A model generated the notes under the pieces. The model was not told the DNA's origin, made no database searches, and was given only the letters and a program-made list of their open reading frames with translations. A stretch of 64,000 bases of DNA from an uncultured Bacilli bacterium (GTDB taxonomy: Bacteria; Bacillota_I; Bacilli_A; RFN20; CAG-631): contig CAKPXF010000005.1 in NCBI GenBank assembly GCA_934201705.1, positions 25,291-89,290 of the forward strand. The letters run 5' to 3'. Shown in pieces: positions 39,182 to 48,612 of this stretch. Numbering within the stretch: the first letter of the stretch is position 1; every line of letters starts with the position of its first letter. Both the position numbers and the translations under genes were made by a program.

Positions 39182-40228
39182 TTAATTATTTCTTTTATCG
39201 ATATAGTAACCTATAACATAAAATATATTAAAGATAAATGATGAAATTGCCGATATTATTTGTGATATATTAGAAGATATAAATAATAGGATTAAAGAAA
39301 TTATAACTATAACAGTTTGAATTGTAGCATATATTCCTACGAATTTAGATAATGAACCAGGCTTATTTAAGTATTTAAATACTCCACCAATTCCAGCTAG
39401 TAATTCAATAATTATTGAAACTACTAAAAATATTGTTGTAAATATTTTAACATTTATAGTATAGTCTCCTATTATTAATGTATAAATGAAATATAAATTA
39501 TAAAATGCTAAGAATATAAAGGCAAAAGAAGAAATTAAAAACAAGTGCTTACCAATTCTTTTAGTTTTATCTTCATTTTCCCATTTAGTAAATATAGAAG
39601 ATGAAGGTTCATTTACAATAGCATTTTTTAAATCATTTTGGTATATAGCAATATTATTAACAAAGTGTCTAATTTTTAAAGCAAGCTTTATCTGCTCTGA
39701 ATGCTCTAAAAATAGCATATAAACAGCTTCCCAAATAAATACCCAAGCAGCTATATCAATTATTTCTACGACAATATCATTTTTTATTTCATTGCCAAAC
39801 CAATGATTTGCTTGTCCTACGACATTGAAAAACAATAATATGACACCAGCAAGTATTAATATTGCTGAAGTTAATTCTTTTCTTTGGCGTGCCTTACGGG
39901 CTGAATATTGAGATAACTCTAATGTGTCATTAAATGATTCAATTAATTCTTTTGCAGTATAATCTTCAAAATCTAAAATTTGAAAATTAATATTTACTTT
40001 AAAGCCTGAAGGAGCATTATCAATAATATTATTAATTTTTTCAAAAACCTCATTATTGAATAAAGGATGATTTAAATTAGTAAAATTAGTAATTAATATA
40101 TCACTTGCTTTTTCATACTTTAGCATTACATCAAGCGTTTTATTATCTTCGTCAACATTATAATATTTTTTTATAAGCTCCATTTGACGAAAGGATTGTT
40201 CAAAATTAATTTGATATTTTTTCTTCAT
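39182..40228 (-). CDS. membrane protein, unknown function
   Basis: Best start is ATG 40228 (GAGGGAAAG RBS). Soluble ~130-aa N-terminal domain, then about 6 TM helices. Confidence 0.5.
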   Translation of the reverse strand: MKKKYQINFEQSFRQMELIKKYYNVDEDNKTLDVMLKYEKASDILITNFTNLNHPLFNNEVFEKINNIIDNAPSGFKVNINFQILDFEDYTAKELIESFNDTLELSQYSARKARQRKELTSAILILAGVILLFFNVVGQANHWFGNEIKNDIVVEIIDIAAWVFIWEAVYMLFLEHSEQIKLALKIRHFVNNIAIYQNDLKNAIVNEPSSSIFTKWENEDKTKRIGKHLFLISSFAFIFLAFYNLYFIYTLIIGDYTINVKIFTTIFLVVSIIIELLAGIGGVFKYLNKPGSLSKFVGIYATIQTVIVIISLILLFISSNISQIISAISSFIFNIFYVIGYYIDKRNN

Positions 40229-40412
40229 ATTCTTTCCCTCATAACAAAAATATATTAGCATAGATTATTTTTAAATAAAATAAAAATTTAGCGAATTTTT
40301 ACACATTTTGAAAGCTTGTTACTATAATATAATTGATAGGCTTAATATTCTTTACTCCAAAACCCTACACATTTATCAATCCAATTATTTATCACAAAAG
40401 GAATAGTCTATC

Positions 40413-40457
40413 AAAAAAGCAGGTTAGAAATTATAATTTTCACTAGCCTGCTTTTTA
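40413..40457. terminator. rho-independent terminator downstream of the kinase gene (possibly bidirectional)
   Basis: A6-GCAGGTTAG...CTAGCCTGC-T5. 10-bp stem with one G-U pair. Confidence 0.65.
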
Positions 40458-40530
40458 TTTTTATTACAAAACTATTTTTAGTCAATAATATGAATGATTG
40501 TCATTATCTTTTAATGCATATGGCTTACTC

Positions 40531-41826
40531 CTATTTGCAGCTACTAACAAATACAGCTGCCCCTAAAGCTGCTTCTTCTTGACTTGATGACATTTGTATT
40601 TTTTGCTTAAAGGTTTTACTAAAGCAATCCTGTAAAAATACATTTTTTCTTAAGCCATTACCAGAGCCAATAAAATTCATTTTTTCTTGATGGTCTTTTC
40701 CATATAGCATATACATATCATATAGTTCATTAGCCATACCATACATTAAAGAATAAATTATATGTAATGGTGTAAAATTATCTACAGAAATATTTGTTAT
40801 TGAGGCCTTTAAAGTAGGCTTTTCTCTTGTGCCTTGAAATAAAGGAGTAAATGTTGGTAAATTATTTGGAGCTTCATTATCTTTAAGTAATGATGACATT
40901 TCATCATAAACATTATCTTTATCAACATTAAACATTAAAGCGCATTTTTGAAAAAATCCTTCTAAAATTGCATATGATCTTCCACCACATAATGGTGCTC
41001 CTACTAATAAATAGCCCTCTTGAGGAAATGGACGAGTTTCTAAGCCTTCACACACCTTATATTTTTTTGTATAAATTGAAATTTGGCTACCTGTTCCAAC
41101 ATTTGCCAAAATTGAATTAACATTTCCTAAAGTTGCTCCTATAAAGCTTGCTTGATTATCACCAATTGCTGGATAAACATTAATATTTCTATATTTTCCA
41201 ATGGCTATTGAATCAACGACCTTAGGAAGAAATGTTAAAGAAATTCCAACCATTTCTATTATTTTTTTATCAAATTGTTTTTTTTCAACATCAAACATAC
41301 CAAAGCTTGCAGCATCACTTGCATCAACTAATGGTTCTTTATTGTTTGCTAAAACCATAGCAATATAATCATGAATTGTTGAAAATACTGCTGCATCATT
41401 AGGAATTAAATTATTAACCATATTGTAAAAATGAGTAACAAGACCAAAGCCTGTTGCACATTTATAGTTAGTTTTATTTTTTAAATATTCAGCATATGTT
41501 AAATTATCCTTATATATAAGGTTTCCTCTACCATCCTGCCAAATATAAAGAGGGCTTACTGGGTTTCCATTTTTATTTAAGTATAAAATACCATGCATTT
41601 GACCAGTAATACCAATTCTTTCAACATCAGGATATTTATTTAATAATTCATCAACAATACTTAAGGAAATTTCTTTGATTTTTAATGGCGATTGAATTCT
41701 TTCAAAAGTATTTGAAGTTTTAATAAATGAAGTATTATCCTTTGTAATGCTTTCAATAACTTTTTTATTTTCTGAAACCACAGCACAAATTGTTGTTGTG
41801 CCAATATCAAGTCCTAAGGTTTTCAT
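40531..41826 (-). CDS. FGGY-family carbohydrate kinase
   Basis: ATG 41826 follows GAGGTG, which overlaps the GRE stop codon. N-terminus LGLDIGTTTICAVV, then GITGQMHGILYL and IWQDGRG blocks. Confidence 0.7.
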   Translation of the reverse strand: MKTLGLDIGTTTICAVVSENKKVIESITKDNTSFIKTSNTFERIQSPLKIKEISLSIVDELLNKYPDVERIGITGQMHGILYLNKNGNPVSPLYIWQDGRGNLIYKDNLTYAEYLKNKTNYKCATGFGLVTHFYNMVNNLIPNDAAVFSTIHDYIAMVLANNKEPLVDASDAASFGMFDVEKKQFDKKIIEMVGISLTFLPKVVDSIAIGKYRNINVYPAIGDNQASFIGATLGNVNSILANVGTGSQISIYTKKYKVCEGLETRPFPQEGYLLVGAPLCGGRSYAILEGFFQKCALMFNVDKDNVYDEMSSLLKDNEAPNNLPTFTPLFQGTREKPTLKASITNISVDNFTPLHIIYSLMYGMANELYDMYMLYGKDHQEKMNFIGSGNGLRKNVFLQDCFSKTFKQKIQMSSSQEEAALGAAVFVSSCK

Positions 41827-41834
41827 TATACACC

Positions 41835-44210
41835 TCAGCAAAAAGTAGAATTAGGATCTAAACGCAAGATTATATCCTTTTGAATTTCTGGACTTAAATC
41901 TAAGAAATTAACAAATGTTCCGTGAATTCTCATAATGTATACGCCATTAGGAGCGTATTTTTTAGGATTAGCTAAAACCTTCTTTAATGTTTCAGCTGTA
42001 GTTACGTTAACATATAAATAGAATGGTGCTCTACTTTTATTTTCGCTATTAAAGAATAAAGGCTTAATAACTCTATTATAAAATTCAATACACTTTTCTT
42101 CATAAGTGTCTTTAGTAAAATATTTTGGATCTATTCCAAAGTGTGAAGCACAGCCACCATTCATTTTACAAAATGGCAATTTCATAGTTGATAATGTTCT
42201 AAAGCCTAAGCCATTTCCAGCTGTTGAAAATAATGGATCTATTCCATAGCCTAATTGCTCGCGAGCCCCTCTTCCATCTGGAGTAGCACCAACCCAATAG
42301 CCATAAGTTAAATGCGTTGAAGGTGAGCTCCAATCTGGATTGAATGGATTACCTAAATAATTTTTAAGTGATAGCACTATATCAGAAACTATATTTACAA
42401 TATTAGCTGCTTCATCATCAACTTCAGGAATGTTATTTCCAAATTTTGGACAGCTCTTTAAGTATTCTTGTAATTCCTCATAGCCTTTAAAGTTAGCTTT
42501 ACAAGCTTCAATTAGATTTTTAGCATCATTTGGTCTTTCCTTTAATAAATGATCTATAGCGATAAATGAATCAGCTACAACTGATAAGCCATGAATTAAG
42601 CAACCACTACCATTATATTTAGTACCTTGCTCGTTAGTATCTCTTACATCAATTGCACTATCAATTCCACCTTCAAAGCATGAAAGGAATGGAACTGGAA
42701 GTAATGATAAGGCTTTTGATGCTAAGTTTGCTGCATCGGCCATTTTTTTACAAAACCATTTTAAGTTATTATAAAACAATTCACGAATATTTTTTAATAT
42801 ATACATTGGTTCATAATTAGTTTGTGGTCCAATTTCTTCATTAGTAATAAATGATTTTCCGCCACTTAAAGTTAGTTCAAGAACCTTACCCATGTTTAAC
42901 CAGCTATTAGTTGTATTAGCATTTTCCTTCCCCATGATTAATGGTTCTTGGCAACCAGCAACAGAATAATCAGCTAAGTCATCTTCATCTATACCTTTTT
43001 CTTTTAATGTTTCAAATAAAGAATCATCATTAAAGATTGATGGAGTTAAGCATCCTGGAGTAAAGAAGAAGCGACCTAACTCACTATATAATTTTTCAGG
43101 TGTATTTTTATGAAGCTTTACTGATAAAATAGGTTGAGGTAAATTCATATCATAATAAGCATCTAATATTGCATATGACATTTCATTAGTTAAATCATTA
43201 TTATATTTATCTTTGCCACTAATTAAAACATTTTGTGATATAGCCCAGCTTCTTTCACCTACATTGAAAAACACTAAGAAATGCTTAAATAATGCAGCTG
43301 CTTCTTTTCTTGATAGATTATCATGCTTCCTATATGGTTCAAACACTCTATCAATATTACCAACTGAAAAAGCAAATGGATTTGGCGATTGCTCAATACA
43401 CATAACCTGCCATAATAATAAATATGCTTGCATTGCTTCATATAATGTTGATGCTCCATTATATGGAACATTGTTTAATGTTTCAATAATTAATGCTAAT
43501 TCATTTTGTCTTATATCATCCTTAGAAGGAAGCTGCTCTAAAGCTATTTTTTGATATCTTTTAGCAAGCTTTAAGCAACAATTTAATGACTTTTTCATAG
43601 CTATTAAATTGTTTTGCTTTTTTTCATTTAATTCTTCTTTTTCAAGTCTTTCATCAATTCTTGTAATTAAGCCTTTAATACCGTACTTTAAAGCATATCT
43701 AAAATCCGGAATCATATGACCAGTTACTTGTTCAATAAAGAAAGCAACCTCACCAGTATATTCTTCATATTTTCCATAAACCTCATTTAAGGCTTTAACA
43801 TATGGTGATTTTGAAGCTGCATCCCGTTGCTTTTTAATTCTTTCTTCATCTACATCTTTAGTAGGAGTGGCATAATCATATACTTCAAGGGGATCACAAT
43901 ATCCCTTAAATGTTTCAACCTTAAAAGCGGGATTAATAAGCGCATAGCTTGCTGCAAAGGCATCGCGTTGTGTGCCAACAAAGATTTGATTATCACTAAT
44001 ACTAAGAGGTAGCTTTTCTATTACCTCTTCAAGTTCTAAAGAAGCTTTAATTTCTAAATTTGTTTCTTTAGTTTTTAAATCAAAGTCCGTAACAATTTCT
44101 TTTGATAAAAACCAGCCATTTAAAACCTTATGGCTTTCTCTTTCTTCTTTATATAAAGCTTTTGCTTTAGTTGTTAATTCTATATCATTATAAATATCAA
44201 ATACTTTCAT
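41835..44210 (-). CDS. glycyl radical enzyme, PFL2/dehydratase-lyase (Cys-x-Glu) class, unknown substrate
   Basis: 791 aa. Thiyl loop SVAGCQEP (Cys codon at 42953..42951, residue 420). C-terminal glycyl-radical domain NGVYIMRIHGTFVNFLDLSPEIQKDIILR (Gly764 at 41921..41919). Confidence 0.85.
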   Translation of the reverse strand: MKVFDIYNDIELTTKAKALYKEERESHKVLNGWFLSKEIVTDFDLKTKETNLEIKASLELEEVIEKLPLSISDNQIFVGTQRDAFAASYALINPAFKVETFKGYCDPLEVYDYATPTKDVDEERIKKQRDAASKSPYVKALNEVYGKYEEYTGEVAFFIEQVTGHMIPDFRYALKYGIKGLITRIDERLEKEELNEKKQNNLIAMKKSLNCCLKLAKRYQKIALEQLPSKDDIRQNELALIIETLNNVPYNGASTLYEAMQAYLLLWQVMCIEQSPNPFAFSVGNIDRVFEPYRKHDNLSRKEAAALFKHFLVFFNVGERSWAISQNVLISGKDKYNNDLTNEMSYAILDAYYDMNLPQPILSVKLHKNTPEKLYSELGRFFFTPGCLTPSIFNDDSLFETLKEKGIDEDDLADYSVAGCQEPLIMGKENANTTNSWLNMGKVLELTLSGGKSFITNEEIGPQTNYEPMYILKNIRELFYNNLKWFCKKMADAANLASKALSLLPVPFLSCFEGGIDSAIDVRDTNEQGTKYNGSGCLIHGLSVVADSFIAIDHLLKERPNDAKNLIEACKANFKGYEELQEYLKSCPKFGNNIPEVDDEAANIVNIVSDIVLSLKNYLGNPFNPDWSSPSTHLTYGYWVGATPDGRGAREQLGYGIDPLFSTAGNGLGFRTLSTMKLPFCKMNGGCASHFGIDPKYFTKDTYEEKCIEFYNRVIKPLFFNSENKSRAPFYLYVNVTTAETLKKVLANPKKYAPNGVYIMRIHGTFVNFLDLSPEIQKDIILRLDPNSTFC

Positions 44211-44223
44211 ATTTTTCCTCCAT

Positions 44224-44946
44224 CTATGTATTAATTACTTTAATATTGCTATCTTCTAAAATCTTTTTAAAATTTAAGACATCATCATTTGTTATTCTTG
44301 CTTTTTCATCCATTTTATAAACAAGCCCAAGCTTTTGATACTTGCTTATTCCAAATTCATGATACTTTAAAAGCTCAATTGTTATTTTGTCATTAATCTT
44401 TAAATTTTCAAAACACTTAACAAAATTTTTAGCATCAATAGGTGAACTATTAAAGCCTCCAATAAGTGGTATCCTTAATAATAATGGCTTATTACTTTTT
44501 ATTCTACTTACGGCATTTTTTAAAGTGCTTTCATTAGATAAGCCCGTGACTTTTTTATGAATCACTGGATTATAATGCTTTATATCCATTATTAATAAAT
44601 CAAGGTAAGGAAATAATTCACTTAGCCTATCACTTATCCCATTAGTTTCAATACAAGTATTTATGTTATTTTCCTTAAGCTTAATTAAAGCTTCCTTTAA
44701 TTCATCAAATTGGATAGTTGCTTCCCCACCAGTAAAAGTAACACCTCCATTATCAAACATCATAGCTTTACTTCTTAATACTTCTAAAACTATTTCATCA
44801 ACAGTATATTCTTTTCCATTTTTAAAAGAAAAGCCTTCTGGATTTGAGCACCATGGGCAACGCAAATTACAGCCACACAAATGATAAACTAGTCTATTTC
44901 CAGGACCATCTTGTGAAAAATTAAAGCCTTTTTGAAATATTACCAT
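44224..44946 (-). CDS. glycyl-radical enzyme activating protein (radical SAM, PflA-size)
   Basis: CX3CX2C motif CNLRCPWC, and GGVTFTGGEA SAM-binding block. 240 aa, so it lacks the extra ferredoxin-like insert. Confidence 0.85.
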   Translation of the reverse strand: MVIFQKGFNFSQDGPGNRLVYHLCGCNLRCPWCSNPEGFSFKNGKEYTVDEIVLEVLRSKAMMFDNGGVTFTGGEATIQFDELKEALIKLKENNINTCIETNGISDRLSELFPYLDLLIMDIKHYNPVIHKKVTGLSNESTLKNAVSRIKSNKPLLLRIPLIGGFNSSPIDAKNFVKCFENLKINDKITIELLKYHEFGISKYQKLGLVYKMDEKARITNDDVLNFKKILEDSNIKVINT

Positions 44947-45235
44947 ATTAATATATCCTTTCTAGATATCATTTTTTCTAGTATCTATATATTAACATCA
45001 CACTTTAATTATGTCAAGTGGATTGACATTAATTGCCTTTAGCAAATTTTTTTGTTAATTCTTTTAGTGGATGATTTATTTTAGAGGTATTTCTTATTAG
45101 AAATAAATTAACAATTCACTAAAATATCATCTGATTATGCCTATAAATGGACATTTGACAATAGCAAAATTATATTATAGAATAAAATTATTATTTGAAG
45201 AATAATGAATTTTTAATATATAGGAGGAAAAATGT

Positions 45236-46279
45236 ATGAACTTTGATTTACCTATTTTCTTCAAAAGAAATAGAGTTTTTAGAGTATATAAGGGTGGAAT
45301 GCTATTTAATGATTTACTAGGTGATATTAAAGAAGATGGAAATTATCCAGAGGAATGGATTTGCTCAAATGTACACGCCATTAATGATGGACATGATGAT
45401 CCACTTGAAGGTATATCTATTAGTGAAGATGGTATTCCTTTTTCTACACTTATTAATGAAAACAAAAAGGAAATGCTTGGAAATAGAGACAATTTAGGGG
45501 TCCTTGTTAAATACTTAGATAGCGCTATAAGGCTTCCTATGCAGGTTCACCCATCAAGGGATTTTTCAAGAAAATATTTCAATAGTAATTATGGTAAAGC
45601 AGAAGCTTGGTTAATTTTAGCAACAAGAGAAAACGCTTGCTTATATTTAGGCTTCAGTAAAAAAATAACAAAGGAAGAATTTTCAAAAGCAGTTGATGAA
45701 AGTGAAAAAAATCCTGATATAATGACTAATTTTGTCAATAAAATTCCAGTAAAACCTGGCGATGTTTATTTTGTTAATGCTCGTGTGATTCATGCAATTG
45801 GTGCTGGTTGTCTAATACTTGAAATTCAAGAGCCAACTGACTTTACTATTCAACCAGAATATTATTGTGGTGATTATCGCTTAAATGATAAAGAAATGTA
45901 TTTAGGATTAGGTAAAGACGTTGCATTATCATGCTTTGATTACAGCTTATATGGAAAAGATGTTGTTAAAAATGCTCATAAAGAGCCAAAGATTATTAGT
46001 AATGATAATAATGTCCTTGTTGAATCATTAATTTCATCTTCTGATACAACATGCTTTGAAATGACAAGATATACAATTAAAAATAGTAGCTATCTTCTTG
46101 AAGATAAAGCAGCAATTTATATTGTAGTAGATGGAGAAGGCACAATTACATCTAAAAACTATGAAAGAAAGATTAAAAAAGGTGATTATTTCTTTTTACC
46201 ATATAATGCTTCTATGAAGAATTATGTTAATAGCACTACTAGCATTACATTAGTATGCTGTAAGGGTGGAAAAGAATAA
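45236..46279 (+). CDS. class I mannose-6-phosphate isomerase family protein (cupin)
   Basis: Metal/active-site blocks MQVHPS, GKAEAWLIL and VIHAIGAG. AGGAGG RBS. Confidence 0.7.
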   Translation: MNFDLPIFFKRNRVFRVYKGGMLFNDLLGDIKEDGNYPEEWICSNVHAINDGHDDPLEGISISEDGIPFSTLINENKKEMLGNRDNLGVLVKYLDSAIRLPMQVHPSRDFSRKYFNSNYGKAEAWLILATRENACLYLGFSKKITKEEFSKAVDESEKNPDIMTNFVNKIPVKPGDVYFVNARVIHAIGAGCLILEIQEPTDFTIQPEYYCGDYRLNDKEMYLGLGKDVALSCFDYSLYGKDVVKNAHKEPKIISNDNNVLVESLISSSDTTCFEMTRYTIKNSSYLLEDKAAIYIVVDGEGTITSKNYERKIKKGDYFFLPYNASMKNYVNSTTSITLVCCKGGKE

Positions 46280-46290
46280 AGGAGAGACAT

Positions 46291-47418
46291 ATGGCAACAC
46301 GTGCTAGAAATTCTGAATATACAAAAGAATACAATCGAAATAATTTTATTCGAATTTTACGCAATAAATCATTATCGCGCTCTGAACTCGCAAGAAAACT
46401 TGGCCTTACAAGATCAGCCGCTTCTTTAATAGTTGATGAATTAATTAATGATGGTTTTATTTTAAAGGAAGAAAATAAAAAGCCAATGGGAAGAGTTTCT
46501 CTTCCTTTAATGCTTAATTCAAGTAGAATATATTCAATTGGCGTTTTTCTTACAAGAAAAAGCTGTAGAATTGGTATTGTTGATCTTTGTGGAAATGTTG
46601 TATCTAGTAAAAATATAACATGTAATAAGCCAGAAGACTTAGATGCATTATCTTCAGCCATCAACGAATTAATCGATAAAAAAAATATTAATCGTAATAG
46701 TATTGTTGGCGTTGGCATTTCAGCTCCAGGTCCTCTTGATGGTGAAAGTGGTCAGTTGTTTAATCCTCCAGGATTTGAAGCTTTCCATCATGTACAAATT
46801 ACAAATATATTAAAAGAAAAATTAAACCTTCCTGTTTATTTAGCAAATGATGCTGTAAGCTTAGCTCAATATAATTTAGGAAAAAAAGAAGCCAATAATA
46901 GTGAAAATTTCTTACTACTTCTTGTAAATGAAGGAATAGGTAGTGGAGTCGTAATAAGAGGCAAAGTATTAAAAGGCCAAGGCTATTTTACAGGTGAGCT
47001 TGGCCATACTTCAATTAATTATAATGGTAAAAAGTGTATTTGTGGAAATAGGGGTTGCCTTGAAGCCTATGCTTCAATAACAAATTTACTTGAAGGAACA
47101 AATTATTCTTCTTGGAAGGAAGTAATGAATAATTATTTAACATCTTCTTTAGCAAAAGAACTAGTTAATAAAGAAGTTGAATACTTATCTATAGGTATTG
47201 TTAATCTTATTAATCTAATTTCTGTTGACACTATTTTATTAGCTGGTGATCTTTTATACAAAGCAAATATTTTTGCTTCACTTCTTGAAGAAAATATTAA
47301 TAAAATATATTTAAGAAGAGATGCAATAAATATAAAGGTTTTACCATCATGTGAAGGTGAAAATATACCTTTATGTGCTGCTGCTGACATTGCCTTTAAT
47401 GCATTCTTAAGTGTATAG
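46291..47418 (+). CDS. ROK family transcriptional regulator (N-terminal wHTH plus ROK sugar-binding domain)
   Basis: HTH LSRSELARKLGLTRSAASLIVDELI. ROK zinc motif GELGH...CICGNRGCLE. Confidence 0.85.
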   Translation: MATRARNSEYTKEYNRNNFIRILRNKSLSRSELARKLGLTRSAASLIVDELINDGFILKEENKKPMGRVSLPLMLNSSRIYSIGVFLTRKSCRIGIVDLCGNVVSSKNITCNKPEDLDALSSAINELIDKKNINRNSIVGVGISAPGPLDGESGQLFNPPGFEAFHHVQITNILKEKLNLPVYLANDAVSLAQYNLGKKEANNSENFLLLLVNEGIGSGVVIRGKVLKGQGYFTGELGHTSINYNGKKCICGNRGCLEAYASITNLLEGTNYSSWKEVMNNYLTSSLAKELVNKEVEYLSIGIVNLINLISVDTILLAGDLLYKANIFASLLEENINKIYLRRDAINIKVLPSCEGENIPLCAAADIAFNAFLSV

Positions 47419-47440
47419 ACTCAAAAAAATCAAATATTGA

Positions 47441-47749
47441 TTAGTTAATATTTGATTTTTTTATTATATTTTTAGTTTTTTGAATTATTTTTTGGCATTT
47501 TGAAAGTGATAATTTCAATTGTATAGCCATATCAATTAAATCTTTTTCAGTTGGTCTTCCATTACCATTTATGGTCATTTCGTGTTCTATTTTATCTTTT
47601 GTCTTTGTTAAATCATATGCAGGTGATAATTTATAGCTTTTAAGCTATTCCTCATATTGAAATGCTATTTTGTTATCATCAATTATTACTAAATATCCAA
47701 CGATTCTGCTATTATACTTAACAGTTTATTTTAAAATCTTTTCAATCAT
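47441..47749 (-). pseudogene. hipA-like kinase toxin remnant (early stop, large internal deletion)
   Basis: ATG 47749 overlaps the hipB-like stop (ATGA). It reads MIEKILK*, then TVKYNSRIVGYLVIIDDNKIAFQYEE* (HipA N-terminal-like), then ...KLSPAYDLTKTKDKIEHEMTINGNGRPTEKDLIDMAIQLKLSLSKCQKII (HipA C-terminal-like). Confidence 0.6.
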
Positions 47750-48036
47750 ACTTTATAGTCTTTTAAATTTGTAATTTGTTTTGTTTTAAAAAGTAAATTA
47801 AAATCACTTAAGCAATTAAGAGCATTAGCAATTCTTATAAGTGAGGTAAGGGATATTTGACCACTGTTTTCAAATCTACGTATAGAGCCATAGCTTACTA
47901 ATGTTCTAGTTGATAATTCCTTTTGTGAAATTTTTAGTTCTTTTCTTCTTTCTTTTACTCTATCTACAAGATCTTTTGTTACTTTTTCTTCTGTTAAAGC
48001 ATTAACAAATGCACTTATATCAAATTTATTTTCCAT
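47746..48036 (-). CDS. XRE-family HTH protein, HipB-like antitoxin
   Basis: HTH KISQKELSTRTLVSYGSIRRFENSGQISLTSLIRIANAL. Translationally coupled to the hipA remnant. Confidence 0.75.
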   Translation of the reverse strand: MENKFDISAFVNALTEEKVTKDLVDRVKERRKELKISQKELSTRTLVSYGSIRRFENSGQISLTSLIRIANALNCLSDFNLLFKTKQITNLKDYKV

Positions 48037-48057
48037 TTATAATCACCATTCTTTTAC

Positions 48058-48114
48058 TGCTAATATATTAGCATTTTATTACTAAATTGTCAAATTATTG
48101 CTAATATATTAGCA
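48058..48114. promoter_or_regulatory. promoter of the hipB-like gene flanked by two identical 16-bp perfect palindromes (operators)
   Basis: TGCTAATATATTAGCA at 48058-48073 (overlaps the -10) and 48099-48114 (just upstream of the -35). On the minus strand: TTGACA (48093..48088), 17-nt spacer, TAATAT (48070..48065). Confidence 0.7.
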
Positions 48115-48357
48115 ATTATATAATTTTATTTAAATAAAATAATTATTTAATTCCGATGTGAAAGTACTGAAACGATAATAACTCTTTTTATATGATAATA
48201 GAAGCTTATACTTATAATTTTCATAGTCATTTTCTTCAAACATTTCACCAAATATAGCTAAAAATAATGCACAGTCTGATTAAAAATAATTACACTTGTT
48301 TTCAAAAGTACTATTAACATAATTTATTACTTTACTTTTTAAGCTATAAAGTATTTC

Positions 48358-48612
48358 TTAAATCCTACTATTATCAAAGCTTATTGCTTCTTTAATTTTA
48401 TTAAAATATATAATAAATAATTCTTCTGTATTTAAATCTAAATTCACAATTGTTCCATTTATAAAGTCTTCTTTATTAAATTTAGTTTCACTAATTAATT
48501 TTGACACAACCCTATTATAAACATTATTTTTTTCATTACTATTTTTAAGCAATAAATATAAAGTGTATATATTATTTAATGAATATTCTATATTTTGATT
48601 GTTTTCAAACAA
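48358..48612 (-). CDS. hypothetical protein, probably a fragment of a decayed larger gene
   Basis: Track ORF with a TTG start. Upstream (to ~48787) and downstream (to ~48140) minus-strand frames read as continuations interrupted by a frameshift and stops. Confidence 0.35.
   Translation of the reverse strand: MFENNQNIEYSLNNIYTLYLLLKNSNEKNNVYNRVVSKLISETKFNKEDFINGTIVNLDLNTEELFIIYFNKIKEAISFDNSRI

Noticed and set aside
43213-43554. ORFs inside or opposite the GRE, activase, ROK and other genes: 43213..43554, 43274..43471, 43827..44012, 44663..44884, 46245..46718, 47133..47390, 48595..48810, 52094..52291, 56219..56404 and 61558..61779
   Set aside because: They overlap well-supported CDSs on the opposite strand or in another frame. 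None has an RBS or recognisable motifs.
41835-44210. Annotating the GRE as pyruvate formate-lyase
   Set aside because: The thiyl loop is G-C-Q-E, not the adjacent Cys-Cys of PFL. The gene context is sugar kinase, isomerase-like and ROK genes, not pfl/adhE-type fermentation genes.
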